This document shows positions 23,268 to 32,416 of a DNA stretch of 64,000 bases, one piece after another. Every line of letters begins with the position of its first letter. Position 1 is the stretch's first letter. This stretch comes from an uncultured Christensenella sp. (GTDB lineage Bacteria > Bacillota > Clostridia > Christensenellales > CAG-138), in contig CAYRQM010000003.1 of the NCBI GenBank assembly GCA_964426415.1, positions 9,935 to 73,934 of the forward strand. Direction: 5' to 3'. The position numbers and the translations under genes are program-made. The notes under the pieces were generated by a model. It was not told where the DNA came from. It did no database searches and saw only the letters and a list, made by a program, of their open reading frames with translations.

Positions 23268-26036
23268 TTGAACTTTCAAAGAATGCGGGACAAGTTCAGA
23301 AAAGTATGGTATACTTGTCACATGGAAAAAGGGAAGACAAAACAGCATACGACGGCGCGTCAGCCGGTGTCCCGACCCGCTGCGGCGAAGCGGCTTTACT
23401 TGACCGATCGGCGGGCGAGAAAGCCTTTTGTGTTGGACATTTTGTTCACTTCGCTCAAGCTGCTGCTTGTGGCGGTGCTTGTGGTGGGCTTTGGCGGCAT
23501 GGGGCTCGTCTACGGCGTCGCCAAGGCGTACATCGACACCACGCCCGAGCTGGACGTCACGCAGCTGACCATCAGCGACCGCACATCCTACCTGTACGAC
23601 ATCAACGGCGCCGAGATCATGACGGTATCGTCCATCGAGTACCGCGACTGGGCGAGCATTGAGGAGATTCCCGAAATGCTGCGCAACGCGTTTATCTCGG
23701 TCGAGGACGTGCGCTTTTATAAGCACAGCGGCGTCGATTTCAAGCGTCTGTTTTCCGCTGCTTTAGAGATTTTGGGCAACAGCAATTCGTCGGGCGGCAG
23801 CACGCTCACGCAGCAGCTCATCAAAAACAAGATTCTTGGCTCGGAGCGCACCTACAAGCGCAAGATCCAAGAAGCATTCTTGGCGCTGCAATGCGAAACC
23901 GTCATGGAAAAGAACGAAATCTTAGAAGCCTATTTGAACGACATCTATCTTGGCGGTTCCAACTACGGTGTCAAGGCTGCCGCGAAGGACTTTTTCGGCA
24001 AGGAGCTCAACGAGCTGACCGTGCGGGAATGCGCCATGCTTGCGGGTCTGACGCAAAACCCGTATCGCTACAATCCGCGGCTGAACTACTATTGGGAAAC
24101 GTACGGCAGGGACGCCGACGCCTACGAATCCTACACCGTGGCGCGCACCAACACCGTATTGAAGCGCATGTATGAAAACGGCAAGATTACGCGGGAGCAA
24201 TACGAATCCGCACTGGCGGAGGACGTCAAAATTCTCGCGGTGTCCGAAAACTCCAAGATGTACGACATGGCGTATTTCGTGGAATACTGCATGGAGGACG
24301 TCATTACGCATTGGCTGAAGGTGGACGGCGTTGCGAACACGTCCGCCAATCGCGCCATCTACGAAAACAAGCTGCGCACGGGCGGCTACCGCATCTACAC
24401 GACGGTCGATCCCACCATCCAAAACACGGTGCAGACCAGCCTGTCCGAATGGGATTCCTATCCCAACCTTGCGGACATGAGCCAAAGCGTCATTACCGAG
24501 GAAGTCTCCGAAAGCGTCACCATCGAAACCATCGAGCCGCAGGCGGCTGCCGTGGTCATCGATCAATCCACGGGCGAGATTCGCGCCATCGTCGGCGGAC
24601 GCACCGAGCCGTCCGTTCGAAAAGGGCTGAATCGCGCCTCGCAAAGCTATATGGAGGTGGGCTCCTCCATCAAGCCGCTGTCCATCTACGGCGTCGCTTT
24701 GGATAACGGCGCATCCACCGCCACCATCGTCGCCAATGCAGACGGCGAAATCAACGGCTGGGGCGGCGAAAACGGCTATCCCAGCGGCGGTCTGTCCTCC
24801 AGCAAAACCTACGGCCCCGTTTCGATTCGCACCGGGCTGTCCAAGTCGCTGAACGTGGTGGCAGGACGCTTGCTGTTCTCGTCCTATGTGGGCGTCGAGC
24901 GCGCGGTTTCCTATCTGGAACGGCTGGGCATTTCCGAAAGCCAAATCAACAAAGACGGCCCCGGGCTTGCGCTTGGCACGTCCGGCATCACGCCCATTCA
25001 GATGTGCGCGGCGTATGCGGCAATCGCCAACAACGGCTACTATCTCGAACCGTTGTCCTTTACGAAGGTGACGGACAGCGAAGGCAACGTCATTTTGGAC
25101 GCCAACGTCCTGCGTGCAACCGCCGTCAAGGTCTATAACGAAAGCTCGACCGCCTATCAGCTTGTCGATCTGATGACCCAAGCGGTGACAAGCGGCACGG
25201 GCACGAAGGCAAAGATCGACGGCTATCAGGTGGCAGGGAAGACGGGCACCAACTCCGACTACGCCAGCGTGTACTTTGCGGGCATGACCTGCGCCTATAC
25301 GGCGGTGGTTTGGATTGGGCACGATTATCCGACCAACAAATTAGAAACAGGCTCGTCGGGCGGTGATTATGCCGCGCCGCTGTGGCAGGATTTCATGAGC
25401 AAGATCATGCAGGGCGTCGAAAGCACCGCCATCATCCAAGAGACGCATGAATCGCTGGGCATGGTGCAGCGCACCGTATGTCCCGTTTCGGGCAAGCTGG
25501 CGACGGAAGCGTGCGTCCACTACCAAAGCAATGGCAGCAAGTTTGAGCTGATTACCGATTGGTTCGACTATGCGAACGTGCCGACGGAATACTGCGATAT
25601 GCATGTGACGCTTTCCATTTGCAGCAAGTCCAACTGCATCGCGTCCGCACAGTGCGACCCCGACAACGTCTCCCAAATCACCTATGTGCTGCTGCATCCG
25701 GGCAACCAGTTCTACGACTTGGAAGACCGCATTCTCACCAAAATCTTCGGCGATACTTGGGTGCGCACCGACAAGACGGTGGAGCAATACATTGCGGAAT
25801 ATCCCGTCTGCACGCAGGAAGAAACGTTCGATTCGCTGCGTGCCCGCTGCGACGCTTTGATTGCGTCCGCAGAGACGCTGCTAAATACTGCGACCGCCAT
25901 GACCGACTACGAGCGGCAAGAGCTGCGTGAGCTGATTACGTCGGCGCAGGACGCAGCCACCTATGAAAAGCTGCTCTCCGCGTACAATCTGCTGTACGCC
26001 CAGTACACCGCCATGATGGGGCTGTACGGCGGGTAA
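23268..26036 (+). CDS. Penicillin-binding protein 1A (bifunctional glycosyltransferase/transpeptidase)
   Basis: GT51 motifs EDVRFYKHSGVD and GGSTLTQQL. Transpeptidase motifs SSIK and KTGT. TM anchor near the N-terminus. About 200 aa Cys-containing C-terminal extension. The true start may be ATG 23322 (MEKGKTKQ). Confidence 0.9.
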   Translation: MNFQRMRDKFRKVWYTCHMEKGKTKQHTTARQPVSRPAAAKRLYLTDRRARKPFVLDILFTSLKLLLVAVLVVGFGGMGLVYGVAKAYIDTTPELDVTQLTISDRTSYLYDINGAEIMTVSSIEYRDWASIEEIPEMLRNAFISVEDVRFYKHSGVDFKRLFSAALEILGNSNSSGGSTLTQQLIKNKILGSERTYKRKIQEAFLALQCETVMEKNEILEAYLNDIYLGGSNYGVKAAAKDFFGKELNELTVRECAMLAGLTQNPYRYNPRLNYYWETYGRDADAYESYTVARTNTVLKRMYENGKITREQYESALAEDVKILAVSENSKMYDMAYFVEYCMEDVITHWLKVDGVANTSANRAIYENKLRTGGYRIYTTVDPTIQNTVQTSLSEWDSYPNLADMSQSVITEEVSESVTIETIEPQAAAVVIDQSTGEIRAIVGGRTEPSVRKGLNRASQSYMEVGSSIKPLSIYGVALDNGASTATIVANADGEINGWGGENGYPSGGLSSSKTYGPVSIRTGLSKSLNVVAGRLLFSSYVGVERAVSYLERLGISESQINKDGPGLALGTSGITPIQMCAAYAAIANNGYYLEPLSFTKVTDSEGNVILDANVLRATAVKVYNESSTAYQLVDLMTQAVTSGTGTKAKIDGYQVAGKTGTNSDYASVYFAGMTCAYTAVVWIGHDYPTNKLETGSSGGDYAAPLWQDFMSKIMQGVESTAIIQETHESLGMVQRTVCPVSGKLATEACVHYQSNGSKFELITDWFDYANVPTEYCDMHVTLSICSKSNCIASAQCDPDNVSQITYVLLHPGNQFYDLEDRILTKIFGDTWVRTDKTVEQYIAEYPVCTQEETFDSLRARCDALIASAETLLNTATAMTDYERQELRELITSAQDAATYEKLLSAYNLLYAQYTAMMGLYGG

Positions 26037-26137
26037 AATCTTGTCAAAATGGTGAACATGACGCAACAAACTGTAAATACATCTTCCCAATCGCTGCGCA
26101 AGTCGCTATAATAAGCAAAAAGACAGGAGGGGCAACC

Positions 26138-26821
26138 ATGGCAACCAGAATCTTAATCTGTGACGACGAACCGGTCGTACACGAATCCCTGCGCATCTAC
26201 TTCGAAGCGGAAGGCTACGAGGTGGTGGACGCCTACGACGGCGAAGAAGGGCTGCAAAAGCTGGACGACAGCATTTCTCTTTGCATCCTTGACATCATGA
26301 TGCCGAAGATGACAGGCATTGACGTCTGCCGCGAGGTGCGCAAGCGCTCTTCCGTGCCCATCATCATGCTCACGGCAAAGGGCGAGGAAATCGACCGCAT
26401 TCTGGGCTTGGAGCTTGGTGCGGACGACTACATCGTCAAGCCCTTCAGCCCGCGGGAAGTGGTGGCGCGTGTCAAGGCAATCCTGCGCCGCATCGAAGCC
26501 AAAACCGAATCCAAGGATCCCAACGTGGTCACCTACAACGGGCTTTCCATCGACCTGAACAGCTATACGGTGCTGCTGAAGGGCGAACATGTGATTTGCA
26601 CGCCAAAAGAAATCGAAATTCTCTATATGCTGGCGTCGAATCCGGGACAGGTCTTTACCCGCGACACGCTGTTGTCCCGCGTATGGGGTTACGATTTTGC
26701 AGGCGAGACCCGCACGGTGGACACGCACATCAAACGCCTGCGTGCCAAGCTCGATTCCGAAGGCCTTGGCTGGAGCATCAAGACCATCTACGGCGTCGGC
26801 TACAAATTCGAATTGGAATGA
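26138..26821 (+). CDS. OmpR/PhoB-family response regulator
   Basis: 227 aa. Receiver domain (DDEP..., ILDIMMP, K in VKPF) plus winged-helix output (TVDTHIKRLRAKL). Confidence 0.9.
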   Translation: MATRILICDDEPVVHESLRIYFEAEGYEVVDAYDGEEGLQKLDDSISLCILDIMMPKMTGIDVCREVRKRSSVPIIMLTAKGEEIDRILGLELGADDYIVKPFSPREVVARVKAILRRIEAKTESKDPNVVTYNGLSIDLNSYTVLLKGEHVICTPKEIEILYMLASNPGQVFTRDTLLSRVWGYDFAGETRTVDTHIKRLRAKLDSEGLGWSIKTIYGVGYKFELE

Positions 26822-26827
26822 TCCGTC

Positions 26828-28771
26828 ATGAAACGTAAGGGCGAGCTATTTCGCAGATCGCTGATTATATGCGTCGTGCTGCTGCTGCTTGCAAACATTC
26901 TGTTGCTCGGCGCATATACATACTTTGGGCGCAAGACGTTCATCTCCTTGGAGCAGGAACGTCTGATGGGTCTTGCAGACGGCGCGCAAGAGCTGTTTCG
27001 CAGCCCCATCCGCGACCATGACAACGCCTTTGCGGAATATCTGGACGCCATTTCGTTGTCCAACAACACCTCTTACATTCTCATCTATTCCGTTGCGGAC
27101 GGGTTCGATATGGCGGTGGATTCCAACATCTCCGATTATGCCTACAATGCCTATCTGCGGCAGGTCGCCGTTTCGGTCATCAACGGCAGCAGCATCGACT
27201 CCTCCAAATTTGCCCTTTCCGACAACGAATCCGCCATCTGTGCAGGCAGACCGCTGTACATCAGCGGGGTAGAAAAGCCCGTCGGCGGGCTGATTCTTGT
27301 CATGGGCATCGACGATGTAGACTATGCGTTCTCGCGGCTCAACAGTTCGCTGTGGATTTCTGCGCTGTGCCTGCTGCCGATTCTGCTGCTGACGGCGTAT
27401 TTTTCCATCAGCCAAGTTTCGCAGCCCATCAACGAGATGACGACCGTCGCAAAGCAGCTCTCAAAGGGCAACTTTGACGTCCGCGCCAACGAGCAGTATC
27501 CGGGCGAGATCGGCATTTTGGCACGCACGCTCAACAACATGAGCGGTGCGCTGACCTCCACCATCCAACAATTAGAAAGCGAAAAACGACAGCTTGGCTA
27601 CATCCTGTCCAGCTTCAGCGAAGGCGTCGCCGCCATCAACAACAAGGGCGAGCTGACGCATTACAACCCGTCTCTGATGAAGATGTTCGGCACGGTGGAC
27701 GTCCATACGCCCATGGATTTGGTGCCCGATCGCGCCATTTGGGACGCGTTCGACGCGGTGCTCGATTCCAAAGAGCCGCGCACCTTCCACTATAATCTGC
27801 CGGGCGACCGTGTGCTGTGGATTTCCATCGTGCCCGTCCTGTCCGAAAGTGAAGGCTGCGTGGGCGCCGTGGGGCTGTTCAAGGACGCCACCGATTTTGA
27901 ACGGCTCGATCGGATGCGCAACGAATACGTCGCAAACATCAGCCACGAGCTGCGCACGCCGCTGACCGCCATTCGCGGGCTTTTGGAGCCCTTAAACGAC
28001 GGCATGGTCAAGGACGACGAAGCCAAGCAGCACTATTACGCCATCATGCTCCATGAGGTCGAGCGTTTGAGCCGCCTCATCACCGATATGCTGCAGCTCT
28101 CCCGCCTGCAATCGGGCACGGAAAGCATGGATATGACCCTGTTCGACGTGAACGAGCTGCTTGACGACGTGGCGCAGGGCTATCAATCCATCGCCAAGAA
28201 AAAGAGTATTCGTTTGGAAATCGACACGGTGGAAGGGCTCGCCGACGTGATGAGCGACCGCGACCGCATCGAACAGGTGCTGGTGATTCTGCTGGACAAC
28301 GCGCTGCGCTATGCCAAATCGACCGTGCGCCTGCTCGTCAAGGACGACGTGCGGCAGGTTTGGATCAGCGTGTGGGACGACGGCTGCGGCATCAACGAAA
28401 AAGACCGTGCGCGTCTGTTCGAACGCTTCTACAAGGTCGATCAGTCCCGCAAAGAAGGCGGCAACGGGCTTGGGCTGTCCATCGCAAAGCAAATCATGGA
28501 CAAGCTGGACGAATCGCTGGACGTGGACAGCAAGGAAGGGGCGTGGACGTGCTTCCGCCTCTCCATCAAGAAATACGTCAGCAACGCCATCCCGCTTAAT
28601 TCCGTGCAGGACATCGTCCTCACCAGCGACGACGCCGTCAAGCAAGAACTGCCCAAGAACCCCAAAGAAGACATCGAGCAGGACGTTCCCATCGACGCCG
28701 CCTTTGTGGAAGAACCGCCAAAGCCGCAAAAAAAGCCGCAGGAACCAAAGCGGCGCAGCAAACATTCATAA
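26828..28771 (+). CDS. Sensor histidine kinase
   Basis: 647 aa. Two TM segments flank an extracytoplasmic domain. HAMP-like region, H-box SHELRTPLTAIRG, G-box GLGLSIAKQIM, K/P/E-rich C-terminal tail. Confidence 0.9.
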   Translation: MKRKGELFRRSLIICVVLLLLANILLLGAYTYFGRKTFISLEQERLMGLADGAQELFRSPIRDHDNAFAEYLDAISLSNNTSYILIYSVADGFDMAVDSNISDYAYNAYLRQVAVSVINGSSIDSSKFALSDNESAICAGRPLYISGVEKPVGGLILVMGIDDVDYAFSRLNSSLWISALCLLPILLLTAYFSISQVSQPINEMTTVAKQLSKGNFDVRANEQYPGEIGILARTLNNMSGALTSTIQQLESEKRQLGYILSSFSEGVAAINNKGELTHYNPSLMKMFGTVDVHTPMDLVPDRAIWDAFDAVLDSKEPRTFHYNLPGDRVLWISIVPVLSESEGCVGAVGLFKDATDFERLDRMRNEYVANISHELRTPLTAIRGLLEPLNDGMVKDDEAKQHYYAIMLHEVERLSRLITDMLQLSRLQSGTESMDMTLFDVNELLDDVAQGYQSIAKKKSIRLEIDTVEGLADVMSDRDRIEQVLVILLDNALRYAKSTVRLLVKDDVRQVWISVWDDGCGINEKDRARLFERFYKVDQSRKEGGNGLGLSIAKQIMDKLDESLDVDSKEGAWTCFRLSIKKYVSNAIPLNSVQDIVLTSDDAVKQELPKNPKEDIEQDVPIDAAFVEEPPKPQKKPQEPKRRSKHS

Positions 28772-28778
28772 TATATTG

Positions 28779-28822
28779 CCTCCTTGCGTATGATTTCACA
28801 ACAGATGCAAGGAGGTTTTTTT
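28779..28822 (+). terminator. Terminator whose 3' arm is the SD of the next gene
   Basis: CCTCCTTGC (28779-87), 19-nt loop, GCAAGGAGG (28807-15), then TTTTTTT. ATG of the downstream gene is at 28823. Confidence 0.7.
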
Positions 28823-29707
28823 ATGGAACGCAAGCGGTATCCAAAGCATGGTAAAGGCGGCAAGAAGGGGAAGGGGACAGGCGGTACCGTCCTTGTGGCG
28901 TTGGCGTCCGTCGTGCTGATCGCGCTGTTGGTGGTGTTGTCGCCGCTGGGCGATACGCTTTCCGAAAAGGGGTGCGTCCCGCTCTTTCAAAGCGCCAAAG
29001 CGAAGGAGAACGAACAAACCGTCGACGCCATGAAGCAGCAGGAAGCCACGGGCGACGGAACCGCAACGGCTGCGCCCACCGCGGATACAAAGCAGGTGAC
29101 GCTTGTGGCAAGTCCGTTTTATCTTTTGCAAATGGGTGCATACTCCACGGAGGAAGCCGCGCTGGAACGATCGCTCACGCTGCTTGGCATCGGCGGCGCA
29201 GGCTACATCTTCACGGACGGCGATCTGTATCGTGTTTTCGCTGCCGGATATTTGGACGAAACCGCACTACAGTCGGTCGAAAGCCAAGTGCGCGCCGACG
29301 GCTTTGAGTGCAGCGCCTATGCCACCGAACAGCTGACGGCAAAGATCACGCTGACGGGCGACAACGACGCGCTTGCGGTGGGCGAAACGGCTTTGACGTG
29401 CCTCAACGAGACGCCCAAGGCGCTTTGCGAATACGCGCTGCAGTTTGACAAGGAAGGGAAGGCGCCTGCCGATTGCGTCGCGCCCATCACCGAACTGCTA
29501 AAGAACGCCAATGCGTCCTACGCCGCGCTGCAACAGGCCAATGGGGACAGCCTAAAGCCCATCGCCGACACGCTGCAGAAATATTGCGCCGCCCTCTCGA
29601 CATTTTTGGAGGAACATGATACCATAGACCAAGGGACTTGTGCCGCACAGATCAAATATTTGCAGCTCGAAGTCATCTTTCTCTATCTGTGCTTCTTCCA
29701 AACATAA
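28823..29707 (+). CDS. Membrane-anchored SPOR-domain protein
   Basis: Start at ATG 28823. Basic N-terminus, one TM segment, SPOR-like segment FYLLQMGAYSTEEAA...GDLYRVFAAGYLDETALQSV. Confidence 0.6.
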   Translation: MERKRYPKHGKGGKKGKGTGGTVLVALASVVLIALLVVLSPLGDTLSEKGCVPLFQSAKAKENEQTVDAMKQQEATGDGTATAAPTADTKQVTLVASPFYLLQMGAYSTEEAALERSLTLLGIGGAGYIFTDGDLYRVFAAGYLDETALQSVESQVRADGFECSAYATEQLTAKITLTGDNDALAVGETALTCLNETPKALCEYALQFDKEGKAPADCVAPITELLKNANASYAALQQANGDSLKPIADTLQKYCAALSTFLEEHDTIDQGTCAAQIKYLQLEVIFLYLCFFQT

Positions 29708-29729
29708 CGCAAAGGTTATAATATATATT

Positions 29730-30179
29730 ATGGATGTTGTATCAATCTACACGGATGGCGCGTGCTCCTGCAATCCGGGGCCCGGCGGCTGGGGCTGCGT
29801 GCTGCTGTATCAAGGGCATCGCAAGGAAGCCAGCGGCGGCTGTGCCGAAACCACCAACAATCGTATGGAGCTGATGGCAGCCATTTGTGCGCTGCAGCTT
29901 TTGAATCGGCAATGCGACGTCGCGCTGTACACGGACAGCGCGTATCTGTGCAACGCGTTTCGGCAAGGTTGGCTTGCACGGTGGCAGCAAAACGGATGGC
30001 TGACCGCCAACAAGCGCGAAGTCGAAAACCGCGACCTGTGGGAAGCGCTGCTTAAGCTCACAAGCCAACATCGCGTCACGTTTCACAAAGTAAAGGGTCA
30101 CGCCGACAACGCCGAAAACAATCGCTGCGATCAGTTGGCACGCGCCGCAATCGCAGCCCAAACCAAGCCGCAAGCATAG
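29730..30179 (+). CDS. rnhA: Ribonuclease HI
   Basis: Start trimmed to ATG 29730. IYTDGAC..NPGPGGWG, NNRMELMA, YTDS and KGHADNAENNRCDQLA supply the DEDD catalytic residues. Confidence 0.9.
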   Translation: MDVVSIYTDGACSCNPGPGGWGCVLLYQGHRKEASGGCAETTNNRMELMAAICALQLLNRQCDVALYTDSAYLCNAFRQGWLARWQQNGWLTANKREVENRDLWEALLKLTSQHRVTFHKVKGHADNAENNRCDQLARAAIAAQTKPQA

Positions 30180-30231
30180 CCGCAAATTTCGCGCCGCGTC
30201 GAAAAACCATAAAATCATGGCAAATTTGTAA

Positions 30232-30277
30232 ACAACTATTCGTTAAACTTGTCTTTAACGAATAGTTGTGTTAAAAT
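30232..30277 (+). promoter_or_regulatory. Perfect 16-bp inverted repeat embracing the -35 of the recombinase promoter
   Basis: ACAACTATTCGTTAAA (30232-47) and TTTAACGAATAGTTGT (30254-69). TTGTCT (30249-54), 17 nt, TAAAAT (30272-77). Confidence 0.5.
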
Positions 30278-30365
30278 ATAGGCATGGTGCAATGGCACTT
30301 CCCGACTTGTGCGTGTCGAAAAATCGGCGTCCTTTGCGGTTTTGCAGAATTTGGAGGCTTTGACG

Positions 30366-31463
30366 ATGCAGGATTATCAAACGGAAAAGAAATTTGACTA
30401 CACGGAGCGCTTGCGGGCGATTCTTGCGGAGCTGCCGCCGTTTTGCGGTCTGTACTTCCGTGCGCACGAAACCACCACGTCCATCTTGACGCGCTACGGC
30501 TACGCGGTCGATCTGCGCAGCTTTCTGCAATTTCTGACGTCGGGCGACGTCGATGGATTTCCCAAAATGGAAAGCAAGTCCTTCACCCTCTCCGACCTCA
30601 ACCGTGTGCGCTCGTTGGACATCGAGCTGTACTTGGAACACATTTCCCTCTATCAAAAGCAGGTGCAGAGCGGCAAAAAACGTGTAGAAAACCAAGAACG
30701 AGCGAAAGCACGCAAATTATCGGCAATCCGCTCGTTTTTCAAGTATTATTATCGGCAGCAGCTGATCGAGAACAACGTCGCCGCCTTGGTGGACACGCCG
30801 AAGCTGCACGAAAAGGCAATCATCCGATTGGACAACAATGAAGTGGCGGACTTGTTAGACACCGCCGAGTTTGGCGAAGGGCTCAGCAAGCGGCAGCAAT
30901 CGTATCACGATGCCACCAAGGTGCGGGACGTCGCCATTTTGACGCTGTTTTTGGGCACGGGCATTCGGATCAGCGAGCTGGTGGGAATCGACCTAAACGA
31001 CGTCGATTTTGAACGGGATTTGTTTGTGGTGACGCGCAAGGGCGGCAACCAAGAAACGCTTGCCTTTGGGGACGAGGTGCGAACGGCGCTGCTTGCCTAC
31101 CAAGCGGAGCGTGCGCGCATCACGCCGCTTGCGGGCAACGAATCGGCGTTCTTTCTTTCGATGCAGCGCAAGCGCATCACGACCCGCGCCGTTGAAAACT
31201 TGGTCAAAAAATACGCGTCCGTCTCGACGCCGCTCAAAAAAATCACGCCGCACAAGCTGCGCAGCACCTATGGCACGATGCTCTATCAGGAAAGCGGCGA
31301 CATTTACTTGGTGGCAGACGTTTTGGGGCACAAGGACGTGAACACCACGCGCCGCCATTACGCCGCCATGACGGAGGAAAAAAGCCGCACCGCCACCAAG
31401 TACATCCACCTGCGTGAGGATGATGCGCCAAGCGACGATTCCGACACGCCGCAGGAGGACTAA
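30366..31463 (+). CDS. Tyrosine recombinase (XerC/XerD family)
   Basis: Start at ATG 30366 (GGAGG 8 nt upstream). Catalytic R (GTGIRISEL), HKLRST, GHKDVNTTRRHY. Confidence 0.85.
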   Translation: MQDYQTEKKFDYTERLRAILAELPPFCGLYFRAHETTTSILTRYGYAVDLRSFLQFLTSGDVDGFPKMESKSFTLSDLNRVRSLDIELYLEHISLYQKQVQSGKKRVENQERAKARKLSAIRSFFKYYYRQQLIENNVAALVDTPKLHEKAIIRLDNNEVADLLDTAEFGEGLSKRQQSYHDATKVRDVAILTLFLGTGIRISELVGIDLNDVDFERDLFVVTRKGGNQETLAFGDEVRTALLAYQAERARITPLAGNESAFFLSMQRKRITTRAVENLVKKYASVSTPLKKITPHKLRSTYGTMLYQESGDIYLVADVLGHKDVNTTRRHYAAMTEEKSRTATKYIHLREDDAPSDDSDTPQED

Positions 31464-31723
31464 ATCTTTTCTTCGTCCAAATACACGCCGTCGATGTCGA
31501 TGTCCACATAGTCGCCTTCGGGCTCTAAGCAGCGGAAGCAGTTGTCGCAAATCTTGTTCGGATCCAAGATGCAGCGGTCGTCGTCCTCCTCCGCGTCGCA
31601 TTTGCCGCAGTTGTCGCAGACCTTTTGCAGGTCGTAGATGCAGCGGTTGTCGCATTCGCCGCAGTTGATGCACGTTTCGTGCAAGCCCAGCACGCAGCGT
31701 TCGGTCGAATCATTTTCGGTCAA
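31460..31723 (-). CDS. Small acidic cysteine-rich protein, three Cys4 repeats (unassigned family)
   Basis: 87 codons. TTG start with GAAGGG SD 6 nt upstream. Repeats RCVLGLHETCINCGEC, RCIYDLQKVCDNCGKC, RCILDPNKICDNCFRC. D/E-rich tail. Divergent from lexA. Confidence 0.6.
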   Translation of the reverse strand: MTENDSTERCVLGLHETCINCGECDNRCIYDLQKVCDNCGKCDAEEDDDRCILDPNKICDNCFRCLEPEGDYVDIDIDGVYLDEEKI

Positions 31724-31738
31724 AGAAATCCCTTCTTT

Positions 31739-31752
31739 CGAACAAATGTTTG
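31739..31752. promoter_or_regulatory. LexA operator (Cheo/SOS box)
   Basis: CGAACAAATGTTTG against the Firmicute consensus CGAAC-N4-GTTCG (one mismatch). It overlaps the lexA -35 and lies 15 nt upstream of the Cys-rich ORF start. Confidence 0.7.
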
Positions 31753-31778
31753 CATTTTGGGAATTGCTGTGGTATACT
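31750..31778 (+). promoter_or_regulatory. lexA promoter
   Basis: TTGCAT (31750-55), 17 nt, TATACT (31773-78). GGAGG at 31789. Confidence 0.6.
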
Positions 31779-31798
31779 GAAACTGAACGGAGGTGCGT

Positions 31799-32416
31799 AT
31801 GAAACCTTTATCCGCTGTCCGCAGCAAAATATACCAATTCATCCGCCAAGCCCAATCCAAAAACGGCTATCCGCCCACCGTGCGCGAAATTTGTCTCGGC
31901 GTGGGGCTTTCCTCACCCGCTTCGGTGCAGTATCACCTGCGCGCTCTCGAAGAAGACGGCTATCTCGTCCGCGATCCCAACAAGAACCGCGCCTACACGC
32001 CCAATGTGCGGCAGTCGTCCTTTGCGCCCGATGCGGTGCCGCTGCTTGGCAAGGTTGCGGCGGGCTATCCCATCAACGCCGAGGAAAACCGCGAGGACGC
32101 CTTCCCCGTTCCCCCCTTGCTGCGGCACGGCACCACATCCGAAGATGCGTTTATGGTGCGCGTGCAAGGCGAAAGCATGACGGGCGCAGGCATTCACGAC
32201 GGCGATATCCTTGTGGCGGAACGCGGCCGTGCGCTGTGCGGAAACGACATCGTGGTCGCACGGGTGCATGGCGAGGACGTCACGGTCAAGCGACTGCGCC
32301 AAGACGGCAGCACCGTCACCCTCATTCCCGAAAACGACGCCTTCTCCCCCATGACCTTCCCTGCCGCCGAGGTAGAGATTATGGGCGTGGTTTCCGGCTT
32401 GATGCGCCGCTATTGA
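31799..32416 (+). CDS. lexA: LexA repressor
   Basis: Start at ATG 31799. Winged-helix N-domain (GYPPTVREI), Ala-Gly cleavage site VAAGYP, Ser in GESM, Lys in VKRL. Confidence 0.93.
   Translation: MKPLSAVRSKIYQFIRQAQSKNGYPPTVREICLGVGLSSPASVQYHLRALEEDGYLVRDPNKNRAYTPNVRQSSFAPDAVPLLGKVAAGYPINAEENREDAFPVPPLLRHGTTSEDAFMVRVQGESMTGAGIHDGDILVAERGRALCGNDIVVARVHGEDVTVKRLRQDGSTVTLIPENDAFSPMTFPAAEVEIMGVVSGLMRRY

Noticed and set aside
30366-31463. The tyrosine recombinase as a marker of a prophage or integrative element.
   Set aside because: It is flanked by rnhA and lexA and by core genes on both sides. No phage, conjugation or cargo genes and no flanking direct repeats were seen. It is more consistent with a chromosomal Xer-type recombinase.
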